The notes under the pieces: model-generated | Databases searched by the model: none | Told to the model about the DNA's origin: nothing | Seen by the model: only the letters and a program-made list of their open reading frames with translations | Made by a program: the position numbers and the translations under genes | NCBI GenBank assembly: GCA_022564195.1 | Contig: JADFLW010000007.1 | Span: 3,667 to 67,666 of the forward strand | Reading direction: 5' to 3' | Length of the DNA: 64,000 nt | From: Patescibacteria group bacterium | Lineage (GTDB): Bacteria > Patescibacteriota > Microgenomatia > UBA1400 > Chisholmbacteraceae | Shown: positions 10,837-22,012 of the stretch, in pieces | Layout of the letters: every line of letters starts with the position of its first letter | Numbering within the stretch: position 1 is the stretch's first letter

Positions 10837-10858
10837 AAAAACAGCGGCGCTGCCGCTG
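10837..10858 (-). terminator. intrinsic terminator or attenuator-like hairpin (7-bp stem CAGCGGC/GCCGCTG, 3-nt loop) followed on the minus strand by UUUUU, 20 nt upstream of the rpsL RBS
   Basis: Perfect inverted repeat at 10842-10848/10852-10858 with an A5 run on the plus strand at 10837-10841. It lies downstream of rpoC. Confidence 0.45.
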
Positions 10859-11027
10859 CATGGAAGGGATTTTAAAACGAATTTTTTTTATCCTCCCGTT
10901 TGCAATGGACTCTTGCGCCTCGATCTATAATGTTCCGAGACGAACTTGTATTGCGCAAGTTCTCCTGCCATCTAAGCACATTTTACCACATCTTCTCCTG
11001 ATCTCTCAAGGAAAACGCAGGCTGGTC

Positions 11028-14000
11028 TCACACCCGACGTACTGCCTTGCCTACGGGGATGCGTCTGCCGATGATGACGTTTTCCTTCAACCCCAGTAGC
11101 TTGTCTTCTTTCCCGAGGAGGGCCGCTTCTGTCAGGACGCTTGTTGTTTCCTGGAATGAGGCGGCAGAAAGCCAAGATTCTGTATAGAGTGAGGCTCTGG
11201 TGATGCCTAAGATAACGATCTGGGCTGTTGCCGGTTCGCCTCCTTCGGCGAGTACTGCCTGGTTTTCCTCCTCGAATCGCTCTTTGTCGATTAACTCCCC
11301 CAGGAGCAGATTCGTATCTCCGGTTGATTCCATCTTCACCTTGCCGCTCATTTTTCGAATGATCACTTCAAAGTGGCGATCGTTGATCGGTATTCCTTGA
11401 CTTTCGTACACCGATTGTATCTCATCTAGTAAGTATTCTTGTGTGACCCTCAGCCCTCGAATTCTTAGTACTTCTTTGATGTCAAGGCTTCCCGAAGCCA
11501 GTGGCTCACCGATGCCGATCAAGTCTTTTTCGTGCACCGTAAGCGCGATCGTTATTGGGATGGTGTATCGTTTTTCTTCAATCGGTTTTCCCGTAGTTTT
11601 CACGGTCACTTCATACCTTCCCGCCGTCTCTTTGACTGAGACTCTCCCTGCGATTTCGCTTATGGGAGCGATGATCTTTGCCGTGCGCGCCTCAAACAGC
11701 TCCTCCACTCTTGGCAAACCTTGCGTCACATCAAGTCCAACAATTCCTCCCGTGTGTTTCACGCGCATTGTCAACTGCGTCCCCGGTTCTCCAATCGATT
11801 GGGCGGCGATCACTCCCACTGGTGTTCCGATTTCTACAAGCTTCCAACTTGAGAAATCCCAACCATAGCAGCGTTGACACAACCCGTGTCTGGTCTGGCA
11901 GGTCAGCGCCGAGCGGACATGGACGGAGTTTATCTTGGCCTTCCTTAGTTCCTCTAGTTTTTCCTCGTCGATGATCTCATCTTTTGCGACTAACGTCTTT
12001 CGTGTCTTGGGAATTGCGATTTTCTTTGCTACAGTCCTCCCGAGCACTCGAGTGAAAAATGACTTTTGCCGGGATCCTTCGTTTTTTATGGTGATGTACT
12101 CCGTGGTTTTGCAGTCCTCTTCTCTTGTAATAACATCGTGCGCTACATCGACAAGGCGCCGCGTCAAATACCCTGCATCTGCGGTCTTGAGTGCCGAATC
12201 CGTCAATCCCTTTCTCGATCCACGAGCGGACGTGACATATTCAAACACCGATAAGCCCTCTCGGAAATTGGATTTGGTAGGGAGCTCGACGATTTTCCCC
12301 AGTGGATCCACAACCAAGCCCCGCATTGCGCCAAGCTGTTTTACCTGATCCTTACTTGCTCGAGTTCCCCCAGAATCGATGCTTATCTTTACTGCGTTTG
12401 AATCTTCGAAGCTATCCCAAGTTTTTGTTGCAATCTCGTCTGTTGTTTCCATCCAAATTTCATTCGTCAGTCGCTTCTTTTCTTCTTCAGTGATGAGCCC
12501 CTCTTTGTAATTCTCCTGCACCTCTTCCGCTCTTTGATTCGCTTTGCCGATTAATTCATCCTTTTCAGGAATTATCGTGTTATCCGAAACGGCGATCGAA
12601 AGCCCAGAACGCGTTGCCGCATAGAATCCAATATCTTTGAGGTTATCGATGAGTTTAGCTGTTTCTTCCCCAGACAGTGAAGCGATTGCTTTTTTTATAA
12701 TATCCTTGATTTCGCCTAGGGTAATGGGCTTGTTGATGAACCTGAACTGCGGGGGGAGGAGGCTGTTGAACATCACTCTTCCCACCGTTGTCTCTATCAT
12801 CTTGTGACTGGCCTGCAGACCAATTCGCACCAGTACAGTCTGGCGCAGTTTTAGCTTTCCTGTTTGATAGGCCATCAGCGCTTCATCTTCCGAGCTTAAT
12901 ACCAATGGAGCGAGATCTAGAGTCTTATCAATCATCGTCAGGTAGTAACATCCTAGTGCCATCTCCTTATTGGGTATGGTTATCGGAGATCCGTCAGCGG
13001 GTTTTAAGAGATTCATCTTTGGGCTCATGAGCTTCATGGCTTCTTCTCTGGCAACTTTTCCTAATGGGATGTGCACTGCCATTTGGTCTCCATCGAAGTC
13101 GGCATTGAACCCGGCGCAGATGCAGGGGTGGATTTGGATTGCGTTTCCCTCGACAAGAATTGGGTAGAATGCTTGGATCCCCAATTTGTGCAGGGTTGGC
13201 GCGCGATTGAGTAGCACCGGATGGTTGTGCGTGATGTCTTCGAGAATATCGTATACCTCCGGTGCGCGTCGTTCGAGGATGTGCTTGGCTGATTTGACAT
13301 TCGGTGCGATCCCCTTCGTGATGAGCTCTCGAAGGACGTAGGGCTTGAACATCTCTAGCGCCATTTCTTTCGGGATTCCGCACTGATCAAGCTTGAGGTC
13401 CGGACCGACAATAATGACTGAACGGCCGGAGTAATCGACTCTTTTTCCTAAGAGGTTTTGTCTGAAGCGGCCCTGTTTTCCTCTGAGCATATCTGAAAGG
13501 GATCGCAATTGTCTGGTGGTTCGACGCCTTCTGTATGTTCGTGATTGCGAGGCGTCAATGAGCGCATCAACTGCCTCTTGTAGCATTCGTTTCTCGTTGC
13601 GAAGAATGATTTCCGGTGCTCCGAGATCGATGAGGTGCTTCAGCCTATTGTTCCTGTTGATCACCCTCCTGTAGAGATCATTTAAGTCGCTGGTTGCGAA
13701 TCTGCCTCCCGAAAGCTGCACCATTGGGCGAAGATCTGGCGGAATTACCGCCAAGGCGCGAAGAATCATCCAGGCCGGATCGATGCCTGCTTTCTTCAAT
13801 CCCGTGATCACCCGCAGTCGCTTTGTGGCTTTTACCTGTCGCTGTCCTGTGTACTTGTGGCTTTGTTCCCTGAGCTTGGCTGTTAATTTATCCAAATCCA
13901 TGGAGTTTGTGAGTCTCAAGATCGCCTCAGCGCCCATGCCGACCTCCAAGTGGCTCACCGCTTCGTAGTCTGAGAGTTTGAGATATTCATCTTCACTCAG

Positions 14001-14726
14001 GAGCGACCCCATTTTTGTTCTTTTCACCATGTCTTTGACCGCTTTGAATACTTCTTCGGCGTTTTGTTGCTCGCCAATCAACGCTTCTTTCAGGCTGGCA
14101 ATTTCCTGTTTGGCTTTCAGTCTGCGCTCTTGGATTGTCAAGTCTTTTTGCTCAGGTGATTTGACCTTTTGTCTGATTTCTGCAAGATCCTTTTTTAATT
14201 TCTCTTGACTCTTTTTGATGCTCCCCTGCGTTTCTTTCTCCAACTCGTCTTTCTTTTGCTTGAGTTTGTCATCTAGTCTTTCGAAGATTTTATCCTGCTC
14301 CTTATCATCTATAGCAAGGACAATGTACTGGGCAAAATAGATCACTGATGCAAGATTTCTCGGAGAAATATCAAGAAGAAGAGAGAGTTTTGAAGGCGTC
14401 CCCTTAAAGAACCAGACATGAGCGACGGGTGTCGCGAGGTTGATGTGTCCCATTCGCTCCCTGCGGACTCTGCTCTGTGTTACTTCAACACCGCATTTGT
14501 CGCAGATGATTCCTCTGTAGCGAATGCGCTTATACTTGCCGCAGTAGCACTCCCAATCCTTTGTCGGACCAAAAATCCTCTCGCAAAACAGCCCATCCTT
14601 TTCCGGCTTGAGCGTTCGATAGTTTATCGTTTCTGGTTTGATCACCTCACCATGCGACCAGGATAGAATATTCTCTGGAGAAGCAAGCTTGATTTGGAGT
14701 CCTACGAAATCTACGATGTTTTTCAT
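11028..14726 (-). CDS. rpoC: DNA-directed RNA polymerase subunit beta'
   Basis: 1232 aa with the N-terminal zinc-binding [23 protein letters not shown] and the NADFDGDQM catalytic motif. Confidence 0.98.
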   Translation of the reverse strand: MKNIVDFVGLQIKLASPENILSWSHGEVIKPETINYRTLKPEKDGLFCERIFGPTKDWECYCGKYKRIRYRGIICDKCGVEVTQSRVRRERMGHINLATPVAHVWFFKGTPSKLSLLLDISPRNLASVIYFAQYIVLAIDDKEQDKIFERLDDKLKQKKDELEKETQGSIKKSQEKLKKDLAEIRQKVKSPEQKDLTIQERRLKAKQEIASLKEALIGEQQNAEEVFKAVKDMVKRTKMGSLLSEDEYLKLSDYEAVSHLEVGMGAEAILRLTNSMDLDKLTAKLREQSHKYTGQRQVKATKRLRVITGLKKAGIDPAWMILRALAVIPPDLRPMVQLSGGRFATSDLNDLYRRVINRNNRLKHLIDLGAPEIILRNEKRMLQEAVDALIDASQSRTYRRRRTTRQLRSLSDMLRGKQGRFRQNLLGKRVDYSGRSVIIVGPDLKLDQCGIPKEMALEMFKPYVLRELITKGIAPNVKSAKHILERRAPEVYDILEDITHNHPVLLNRAPTLHKLGIQAFYPILVEGNAIQIHPCICAGFNADFDGDQMAVHIPLGKVAREEAMKLMSPKMNLLKPADGSPITIPNKEMALGCYYLTMIDKTLDLAPLVLSSEDEALMAYQTGKLKLRQTVLVRIGLQASHKMIETTVGRVMFNSLLPPQFRFINKPITLGEIKDIIKKAIASLSGEETAKLIDNLKDIGFYAATRSGLSIAVSDNTIIPEKDELIGKANQRAEEVQENYKEGLITEEEKKRLTNEIWMETTDEIATKTWDSFEDSNAVKISIDSGGTRASKDQVKQLGAMRGLVVDPLGKIVELPTKSNFREGLSVFEYVTSARGSRKGLTDSALKTADAGYLTRRLVDVAHDVITREEDCKTTEYITIKNEGSRQKSFFTRVLGRTVAKKIAIPKTRKTLVAKDEIIDEEKLEELRKAKINSVHVRSALTCQTRHGLCQRCYGWDFSSWKLVEIGTPVGVIAAQSIGEPGTQLTMRVKHTGGIVGLDVTQGLPRVEELFEARTAKIIAPISEIAGRVSVKETAGRYEVTVKTTGKPIEEKRYTIPITIALTVHEKDLIGIGEPLASGSLDIKEVLRIRGLRVTQEYLLDEIQSVYESQGIPINDRHFEVIIRKMSGKVKMESTGDTNLLLGELIDKERFEEENQAVLAEGGEPATAQIVILGITRASLYTESWLSAASFQETTSVLTEAALLGKEDKLLGLKENVIIGRRIPVGKAVRRV

Positions 14727-17700
14727 GCTTTTTTGCTCTCCTTTTTCTCACCCTGCTGGTCCTCTCGTGCCTGTTGTTTCTTATCTTGAGGCTGGGCTTC
14801 TTTCTCGCCTGCCTCTTGTTGTTTCGGCTCCGCTTGCCCGTCTTCTTCTGTGATTTCGACAACGTCTTCCTCTACCACTCCAGTGGTAATAACCTCCAAC
14901 CCCAGGCTCTGCAGTTCTTTCACAAGCACTTTAAACGATTCCGGGACTGTCGATTCTGGAATCTCAGTACCCTTCACAATCGCTTCGAAGGCTTTGGCTC
15001 GTCCAATCACATCGTCGGATTTGATCGTGAGCATTTCTTGCAGAGTTCTCGCTGCGCTGTGTGCTTCAAGCGCCCAAACCTCCATTTCTCCTAGTCGCTG
15101 GCCGCCCATCTGCGCTTTTCCACCCAGTGGCTGTTGGGTGACGAGTGAATAGGGCCCGGTTGAGCGGGCATGGGTTTTGTCTTCAATCATATGGATCAGT
15201 TTTAAAATATATCCAATCCCAACGACTGTCTCCTCTTCAAATGATTTTCCTGTCCGTCCATCGTACAACTGCACTTTTCCCGAGATGGGGAGGTCTGCCT
15301 TTTTCATTTCGCTGTTGATTGTTGTTTCAAGGATTTTTTCAAATACCGGAGCGGCGATCGTATACCCCAGTTTGCTGGCTGCCCATCCCAAGTGGGCCTC
15401 CAGAAGTTGTCCAAGATTCATTCGTGCAAGAACGGAGAGTGGGGAGATGATGATATCAACCGGTGTTCCGTCTTCAAGATAGGGCATGTCTTCAACTGGC
15501 ACAATCCTTGAAATCACCCCTTTGTTTCCGTGTCGTCCGGCAAGTTTATCTCCGACCGTCACTTTTCTGATTCGGGCAACCCGCACCACGACTTTCCTGT
15601 TCACTCCGGGATCAAGCTCATCCCCTCTATCACGGTCTAAGATCTTGACATTAATGACCGTCCCGCTTTCCCCATGTGGCATGCGCAAGGATGTATCCCG
15701 CACCTCTCGGGCTTTTTCTCCGAAAATGGCTCGGAGCAATCGTTCCTCTGCGGTGAGCTCTGTCTCGCCCTTTGGTGCAATTTTTCCGACCAAGATGTCG
15801 TTTGGTCCCACTTCGGATCCGACGACGACAATGCCATCTTCACCCAAGTTTCTCAATTCAGCTTCACCGACATTTGGAATGTCACGCGTTAACTCTTCTG
15901 GGCCCAGTTTCGTATCCATGACTTGGGCTTCATGCTCACTGATGTGTATTGAGGTGAGGATGTCTTCCCGAACCAATCGCTCTGAGATAATGATGGCGTC
16001 TTCGTAGCCTAATCCATCGAATGACATGTAGGAGATCAATAAATTCTGCCCTAAGGCAAGCTCTCCCTGATCAGAGCATGGTCCATCAATGATTAACTCG
16101 CCCTTTTGTACTTTCTGGCCAGTTACCACTTGTGGTCGTTGTGAGTAACATGTTGATTGTGCGGAGCGCGAAAACTTTTGGATGTGATAGATCTCTTTAT
16201 CTCCGTCAACCTCAAGGTATTCACGGGGATTTTGGTTCGCGTCACGTTGCATCTCCTTGCGTTGGCTTCTATCGACTTTTATTTCGATCCTGGTCGCGTC
16301 GGCGAACACTACACTTCCGCTGTGCCAGGAACGAATTGAGCGCTCCATGGCTTCGACGACGTCTTTCTCCATGCCGGTGCCGACAATGGGTGCTGTTGGT
16401 TTTATGAGCGGCACCGCTTGGCATTGCATGTGGGTTCCCATGAGCGCCCGGTTTGCCTCATCGTGTGAGATGAATGGAATGAGCGAAGCTGATGTTCCCA
16501 CCACTTGCCGCGAGACGACATCAACGAAATCTACTTGCTCAACAGGTGCTTCCAAGAACTTTCCCTTGTAGCGGACCGGCACCCATTCTTCAGTGATAAT
16601 GTTTCTCTTATCGGTTTTAACTTCCGCGTGTGTAATGTAGTAGTCTTCTTCATCATCTGCGGGAAGGTAGATGATTTCATCGCTTATTCGCATCTTTACC
16701 TTCCCATTCTTTCCTATTTTTTCGACCTTTTTATAGGGCGCTTCCAGAAAGCCATATTCGTTTACCCTGGTATACAAGGTCATGTAGTTCACCAGTCCAA
16801 TGTTGGGTCCTTCTGGAGAGCGGATCGGGCAAATACGTGAGTATTGGCTCGAGTTGATGTCGCGCATTGAGAATGATGCCCGTTCTCTCGTGACACCTCC
16901 GGGACCCATCACTGAGAGGCGCCTTAGGTTATCTATTTCGCTTAGTGGGTTGGTTTGATCTAGGATGGTGGAAAGCCTGTTTCTGCGGAAGAATTCGGAG
17001 ATCGTCGCGATAATGGGGCGGGCATTGACGAGGGAGGCGGGAGTGATCTTCTCATCGACCTTCGTGAGGCTCATCTTCTCGCGGATTGAGCGCTCAAGTC
17101 TCAATAGTCCAATTCGGAATGCGATTGTGGCTACCAGTTCGCCAATACGGCGAACGCGGCGGTTCGCAAGGTGGTCGATATCATCAACCTTTCCTTGACT
17201 GTTTTGCAATCCAACAAGATATCGTATTGTGGCAATGATGTCTTCGACGTTGAGCGTGTGATTGGTTTCCTCGTTTGGAATGTTGAGTCCCAACCGCTTG
17301 TTTAGTTTGTAGCGGCCAACTTTTGCCAGATCATAGCGCCGGGGATCGAAAAATAGTTGGTGAAGGAATTGTTGGGCACTTTCAAGTACGGCTGGTTCGC
17401 CGGGACGCATTTTCTCGTAAATTTCTATGATTGCCTCTTCCTTGGTTTTGGATGGATCTTTCTCAAGTGTTGATTGAATGTACGGATGATCTGGGTCGGT
17501 ATCTGTATCGCGGAAATATTCTAGCAGCTGATCATCGTCCAGCGGCTTTATCCCACGCAAAAGCACTGTTACCGGAAATTTCCTGTGGCGGTCGATTTTG
17601 ACCGTAATCACGTCATTGCGCGCTACTTGGAATTCTAACCATGAACCCCGAAGCGGTCTGAGCTCCGCTTTATAGAGCATCCTTCCCGTTGTGAGATCCA

Positions 17701-18136
17701 TCTCTCCTGAGAAAAATACCCCTGGTGAACGTACCAGTTGATTGACAACCGCTCTTTCAATTCCGTTAATAATAAATGTACCCGTCTGTGTCATCTCGGG
17801 GATGTCGCCCAAAAACACCTGTTGCTCTGTCGTTTCTCCAGTTTGTAGGTTCGTTAATTTGGCTTCGACTTTGAGGGGCATCTCGTAGGTTATTCCCTTC
17901 TCCTTTGCATGCGAGGGGGTGTATTTCGGTTCTCCAAAGTGGTGTTTCCCAAATTCAAGCTTCCAGTTTTTTCCAGTGAAATCCTCGATTGGAGAAATAG
18001 CCGCTAGTGCTTCCAGTATTCCTTTTCTTGTGAACCACTCGTATGAATCTTTCTGCACCGCAAGAAGATCCATTGTCGGGAGTTTCTTTTTTTCGGTGCC
18101 CCAATACTGGCGGGTTTTCATGTCTTTTTTAACCAT
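14723..18136 (-). CDS. rpoB: DNA-directed RNA polymerase subunit beta
   Basis: 1137 aa with conserved beta-subunit regions. It overlaps the rpoC start by 4 nt. The acidic C-terminal tail is Q/E/K-rich. Confidence 0.98.
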   Translation of the reverse strand: MVKKDMKTRQYWGTEKKKLPTMDLLAVQKDSYEWFTRKGILEALAAISPIEDFTGKNWKLEFGKHHFGEPKYTPSHAKEKGITYEMPLKVEAKLTNLQTGETTEQQVFLGDIPEMTQTGTFIINGIERAVVNQLVRSPGVFFSGEMDLTTGRMLYKAELRPLRGSWLEFQVARNDVITVKIDRHRKFPVTVLLRGIKPLDDDQLLEYFRDTDTDPDHPYIQSTLEKDPSKTKEEAIIEIYEKMRPGEPAVLESAQQFLHQLFFDPRRYDLAKVGRYKLNKRLGLNIPNEETNHTLNVEDIIATIRYLVGLQNSQGKVDDIDHLANRRVRRIGELVATIAFRIGLLRLERSIREKMSLTKVDEKITPASLVNARPIIATISEFFRRNRLSTILDQTNPLSEIDNLRRLSVMGPGGVTRERASFSMRDINSSQYSRICPIRSPEGPNIGLVNYMTLYTRVNEYGFLEAPYKKVEKIGKNGKVKMRISDEIIYLPADDEEDYYITHAEVKTDKRNIITEEWVPVRYKGKFLEAPVEQVDFVDVVSRQVVGTSASLIPFISHDEANRALMGTHMQCQAVPLIKPTAPIVGTGMEKDVVEAMERSIRSWHSGSVVFADATRIEIKVDRSQRKEMQRDANQNPREYLEVDGDKEIYHIQKFSRSAQSTCYSQRPQVVTGQKVQKGELIIDGPCSDQGELALGQNLLISYMSFDGLGYEDAIIISERLVREDILTSIHISEHEAQVMDTKLGPEELTRDIPNVGEAELRNLGEDGIVVVGSEVGPNDILVGKIAPKGETELTAEERLLRAIFGEKAREVRDTSLRMPHGESGTVINVKILDRDRGDELDPGVNRKVVVRVARIRKVTVGDKLAGRHGNKGVISRIVPVEDMPYLEDGTPVDIIISPLSVLARMNLGQLLEAHLGWAASKLGYTIAAPVFEKILETTINSEMKKADLPISGKVQLYDGRTGKSFEEETVVGIGYILKLIHMIEDKTHARSTGPYSLVTQQPLGGKAQMGGQRLGEMEVWALEAHSAARTLQEMLTIKSDDVIGRAKAFEAIVKGTEIPESTVPESFKVLVKELQSLGLEVITTGVVEEDVVEITEEDGQAEPKQQEAGEKEAQPQDKKQQAREDQQGEKKESKKA

Positions 18137-18426
18137 CGTATGAGGTGAATGCTGTCTTTTGCGTGAGGGCCTTCACGCTAATTTCCCGAATGCGAACAGA
18201 ATAACCCGGGTCTTACCCAGGTTATTCATGTCATTTCTTATCTTATTTGTGGATGGTGGTTTTATTGAAAGATGAGACGTGCACTGTTGTGTCGGTGATG
18301 GTCTTTCCTTTTTTAATTCACAAAATAGACGCACAGAAGTACGCCTACTCTATAGACGGTGCAGTCATCCTAGCAGAGGCCTGGATGTTTGTCAATGGTT
18401 TGGATTTGAGCTCGAGCTAATGACCA

Positions 18427-18633
18427 TTACTCAAAGTCATCTGGGCTCATGTTAGAAAGCATGTCCCATTGCTCTTTAAGGCTCATGGTTGCGGCAGCTT
18501 GAGCGCCCACATGTTCTGCAGTTGCAGCTGTGAATTCTTGCTCGATGGATATTTCCGTAGCTGGGCTTTCGCTGACTGGATCTCCTGATGAAGTCGCACT
18601 GGGTGCCTCGTGATTCAGAGCCATACCAGTCAC
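18427..18633 (-). CDS. hypothetical small acidic protein (68 aa); may be non-coding
   Basis: ORF immediately downstream (6 nt) of the RHH-NTase gene, with no recognisable domain. Confidence 0.25.
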   Translation of the reverse strand: MTGMALNHEAPSATSSGDPVSESPATEISIEQEFTAATAEHVGAQAAATMSLKEQWDMLSNMSPDDFE

Positions 18634-18639
18634 CTCCTC

Positions 18640-19458
18640 TCATCGCTTTTCTTTTTTCCAGCGTTTGGCGGCCTGTTGACGGTCTTTTGCCCTTGAAACA
18701 TCAAACCAAATGCCCTGAAAGAGAAATGCACTCAATTCCCCCATCTTCGCCAAACGAGGAAAGACGTCTCGCTCGAGGCTCGACGGCGTTTTTCTGGGTA
18801 TCATATTCAAGACCTCTGGTTCAAACAGATACACCCCAGTATTGACGATGCTAATACCCCGCTCGCCTTCTTGAGCCAGAAAGTCGGTAATTTTATTGCC
18901 CTGAAGCAAAACTTTGCCATATTTTTTCTCGGCAATTCGAGGCTTAACGCCGATGGTGGCCAATGAGTTTTCATCTTGATGCACTCGAACGAAATCATTC
19001 AGGTTAAGATCGGTTAAGACATCTCCGTGTACCACCAGAAAAGGATTGTCTTTCAAATATTCTTTGGCTCTCTTTATGGCTCCCGCAGTGCCCAGCAGCT
19101 GTGTCTCACTGACATAGTTGATGGTCACGCCGATAGTGGACCCGCTGTTGAATTCACGCTTGATACGTTTCTCGAAGGGTCCGGCGCAGATAATCAGCTT
19201 GGTGACGCCAAATTTTTTCAAGTGGTCGATCATCAGTGACAGGAGGTGTCGCTGATGGATTCGGATCAAGGGTGGTGGGGTCTTGGTTTTGGGTTTGCCG
19301 CCAGCCAGAATCACTGCGGTATCCACCATTGGCTCGAGGCTTTTGCGAATCAAGTGTTCGATCGCATGAGAGCGGTTTCTTATGTTTTTGCCATCGATGA
19401 TCCTGTCGACCTTCTTTAAGATTTCTGATGACAAGGTAATGGTTAAACGTGATTTCAT
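18640..19458 (-). CDS. ribbon-helix-helix domain fused to a sugar-phosphate/MobA-like nucleotidyltransferase
   Basis: The N-terminus (RLTITLSSEILKKVDRIIDGKNIRNRSHAIEHLIRKS) is CopG/RHH-like. The remainder (VILAGGKPKT..., LLGTAGAI, VVHGDVL) resembles the NTP_transferase fold. Its ATG directly abuts the upstream stop codon. Confidence 0.6.
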   Translation of the reverse strand: MKSRLTITLSSEILKKVDRIIDGKNIRNRSHAIEHLIRKSLEPMVDTAVILAGGKPKTKTPPPLIRIHQRHLLSLMIDHLKKFGVTKLIICAGPFEKRIKREFNSGSTIGVTINYVSETQLLGTAGAIKRAKEYLKDNPFLVVHGDVLTDLNLNDFVRVHQDENSLATIGVKPRIAEKKYGKVLLQGNKITDFLAQEGERGISIVNTGVYLFEPEVLNMIPRKTPSSLERDVFPRLAKMGELSAFLFQGIWFDVSRAKDRQQAAKRWKKEKR

Positions 19459-20526
19459 TTATAACTTACTCGCCATAACTCTGGCCATACTTAGAGCCCC
19501 AGTTATGGGACCAGGTATATTAGGATACCAAGCACTTATCGTTGCATGTCTTCCTTCGGCTATGGTCTCTGTAGGATCTATAATGCACTGGAGTTTCTGG
19601 CCGACAAACATGGTGCTCACAGCATATTCAGGAGCAATCCCCATGATCCCTTGTAAGGGTCCTTGGGCATGTTCCGTCAGCAAATCCATTAACTTTTCTG
19701 TTGTTAACTGTGTCCCTTGTCTCATGGTGACATCTAAATCTAAAAGTGAAATATTATCCACCGGGACTCTCCTTGACCTTATTTTGACGCTCACTCCTCG
19801 ATCAGCAAGTTGTGGTAATAATCTCAGAACTCCCTCTTGTGCACCGGTGGTTGTGGGAATAATATTCACGGTAGCGGCTCGGCTTCGTCTGGGATCTTCG
19901 TGTCTGTTTGGTCTATCAATTAACTGGTTACTCCCAGTTCTAATATGAGTGCTTACACCAAATATGCGCTCTACACCAAAATGCTCATCCAAGATTTTGA
20001 TTGGGTATACAGCGCAGTTCGTCGTGCACGATTCTGTGGCCACAACGGGGTGCGATGAAGGATCCCATTGATTTTCGTTTATTCCAATACAAAAAGAGGG
20101 AATTTTATCTTTTGCTGGGGAGGCGATAACTACTGCAGCAGCTCCAGCCTGATTGATGTGCATCAGGGCTTCGTCTAAGGAATGCATCGTTCCAGTAGCT
20201 TCCAGAGCAATTGCGACTTGGTTTTCAGTCCAGGCTCTTAGTTCACGTACATTGATCAACTGTTCATTCTCATCTCTTCTATACTCAAATTGCTGGAAAG
20301 GAATTCTTCCTCCATCTATAATAATCTCGCCTTCAGAAGCAGTAACGTTTTTTACAGGTCTTTCGGGGTAATGTGAATTCCATCTTAACGTTTCAATATA
20401 TACCCTGGCTGGCTTTCTACTCGCTAACGCTGCAAGGTCTAATCCTTGTCCATCTTCAAGAAGTTGGTGAATGGCTTCAGTTGCTGTTGCTCCTAAACCG
20501 ATGATTCCAACTCTTTCTGGATGCAT
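19459..20526 (-). CDS. glyceraldehyde-3-phosphate dehydrogenase-like (type I GAPDH/E4PDH family), divergent
   Basis: Catalytic motif ESCTTNC and VSTHIRTGSNQLIDRP. The likely start is the ATG at 20526 (MHPERVGIIGLG...); the track ORF begins at a TTG at 20595. GC of sampled stretches is about 40-45%, below neighbouring genes. Confidence 0.7.
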   Translation of the reverse strand: MHPERVGIIGLGATATEAIHQLLEDGQGLDLAALASRKPARVYIETLRWNSHYPERPVKNVTASEGEIIIDGGRIPFQQFEYRRDENEQLINVRELRAWTENQVAIALEATGTMHSLDEALMHINQAGAAAVVIASPAKDKIPSFCIGINENQWDPSSHPVVATESCTTNCAVYPIKILDEHFGVERIFGVSTHIRTGSNQLIDRPNRHEDPRRSRAATVNIIPTTTGAQEGVLRLLPQLADRGVSVKIRSRRVPVDNISLLDLDVTMRQGTQLTTEKLMDLLTEHAQGPLQGIMGIAPEYAVSTMFVGQKLQCIIDPTETIAEGRHATISAWYPNIPGPITGALSMARVMASKL

Positions 20527-20612
20527 ACTGACAACAACCGGCTCTAAGCGAGAGTCCTTTCTTGCGTTCCTAGGCTCCCGATGGGAGGCCGCCAATTTTC
20601 ATACGTTATCAT

Positions 20613-20640
20613 ATTGTATGATAAATTCATACTTTGTCAA
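20613..20640 (-). promoter_or_regulatory. sigma70-like promoter: TTGACA, 16 nt spacer, TACAAT, reading toward the GAPDH-like operon
   Basis: Reverse complement of plus 20635-20640 is TTGACA and of 20613-20618 is TACAAT, with a 16-nt spacer. Confidence 0.45.
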
Positions 20641-20697
20641 CTAAACACCATTTTTAATGAAGAGCGATCACGAGTGGGAACTTTTTCAATACAGAAG

Positions 20698-21711
20698 TTA
20701 TTTGTTGAGGTATTTTGCGATGTTGGCGTTGTGCTCTTCGATGGTTTCGGCATAGTGGAGCTCTCCTTTTTTATCGGAGATGTAGTACCAGTACTTGGTC
20801 GCTTTCTGGTTAGCGACGGCCTGTATTGAGGCGAGCGAGGGGTTACAGATCGGCGCTGGAGGCAAACCTGCTTGTTTGTAGGTGTTGTAGGGCGAGTTGA
20901 TTTTAAGATCCTCTCTTGTTAAAGATTTCTTCCACCAGGACTGCTCCTGAGCTTGGAAGCCAAGGGCGTATTGGACCGTTGCATCTGCCTGCAGTGGCCA
21001 GCTGGCGCGCAACCTCCTTATGAAAATTCCCGCGACCAGGGGTCGATCTTTGTTGGCTCGCGCTTCCCGCTCGACGACAGAGGCAATAATCAGCGCTTGG
21101 TCCAATGAAAGACCCTGACGCTTAATGGAAGCACGCAAAGTGGCATCCACCTTTTTTTCGAACGTTTCAAGCAGCAGTTCAGCAATCTCTCTCGCTTGCA
21201 TCTTCTTTGGAATGAGATATGTGTCAGGGAAAAGGTACCCCTCTTTTCCCTGGGTGGCTTGCAAAAATTCTTCCCTGTTCAATGAGGCGCCCGCGTTTGT
21301 GAGTTGCTTTTCGAGCTCATCCGCTATCTCTTCCCGTCGCCATCCTTCTATCAGCGTTACTTTTACGTCGGCTCTCCCAACGGTTAAGGCACTGGCTATT
21401 TGCTGCGTTGCCATGGCTTTGCTTAACTCAAACTCCCCAGCCTGGATGCGCTTTGCCAAGCCGCCGGTTATCAGTACGATCCTGAAGGCAGCTTTGGTAC
21501 GAATGATATTTTTATCTTTGAGACGCTTGCTGATGCTATCTATAGATTCACCCCTCCTAATAGAAAAGGCGACCAATTCAGCTGATGCTGAATCGACTGG
21601 GGAAGCCGCCCATTTCCACCAGAACACTGCTCCTGCCAATGCTATGATCACTGTGGTCATAAGAAGCCATTTAGAGTTTGCGAATTTCTTTTTCCTTTTC
21701 ATTTTCCTCAT
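20698..21711 (-). CDS. mltG: endolytic murein transglycosylase MltG (YceG family)
   Basis: N-terminal TM helix followed by a YceG-like domain (KVTLIEGWRREEIADEL, YLFPDTYLIPKK, SVVEREA). The likely ATG is at 21711; the track begins at a TTG at 21717. Confidence 0.8.
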   Translation of the reverse strand: MRKMKRKKKFANSKWLLMTTVIIALAGAVFWWKWAASPVDSASAELVAFSIRRGESIDSISKRLKDKNIIRTKAAFRIVLITGGLAKRIQAGEFELSKAMATQQIASALTVGRADVKVTLIEGWRREEIADELEKQLTNAGASLNREEFLQATQGKEGYLFPDTYLIPKKMQAREIAELLLETFEKKVDATLRASIKRQGLSLDQALIIASVVEREARANKDRPLVAGIFIRRLRASWPLQADATVQYALGFQAQEQSWWKKSLTREDLKINSPYNTYKQAGLPPAPICNPSLASIQAVANQKATKYWYYISDKKGELHYAETIEEHNANIAKYLNK

Positions 21712-21723
21712 TGACAAAATTTA

Positions 21724-21742
21724 GACCAGGATTTCCCTGGTC
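21724..21742 (-). terminator. hairpin (GACCAGG / CCTGGTC, 7-bp stem) followed on the minus strand by UAAAUUUUGUCAA, downstream of the zinc-ribbon gene; a possible terminator
   Basis: Perfect inverted repeat read from the sequence. The U-rich run is weak. Confidence 0.35.
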
Positions 21743-21774
21743 CTCAATTTTTATACACGTCCAATCTCTACTCA

Positions 21775-21975
21775 CTACACTTCTTCAAACAACGCGCGTC
21801 TGTACTTTTCAGTCTTGGGATCGAAAATAAAAATCCTCCCGCATTTGCAGGTAACCTTTTTTGATCCGTCTTTGCGTTTTACTCGTTTCCCTTTCGCGAG
21901 TGGTGTTCCGCAACCAGCGCATTGTCCCTTGGAGAGGAGCCAAGCTTGGACGGGCGCAATGATGTTTTTAAGCAT
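21775..21975 (-). CDS. small zinc-ribbon protein (CxxC...CxC)
   Basis: 66 aa with CAGCG...CKCG cysteine pairs and a basic character. Confidence 0.5.
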   Translation of the reverse strand: MLKNIIAPVQAWLLSKGQCAGCGTPLAKGKRVKRKDGSKKVTCKCGRIFIFDPKTEKYRRALFEEV

Positions 21976-22012
21976 ACTCGTTTACTGAAAATGCCTTGGG
22001 GTCATTATATCA

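Noticed and set aside
15486-16007. 173-aa plus-strand ORF, and many similar 60-190-aa ORFs opposite rpoB, rpoC, fusA, tuf, pnp (e.g. 36525-37469, 314 aa), dnaK and alaS
   Set aside because: These are antisense shadow ORFs inside long, well-supported conserved genes. Their low-complexity Ser/Pro/Thr-rich translations are typical of reverse-frame artefacts.
18203-18229. Hairpin plus T-rich run on the plus strand as a rho-independent terminator
   Set aside because: No plus-strand gene lies upstream, and on the minus strand the hairpin is not followed by a U-tract. It is kept only as a possible leader structure.
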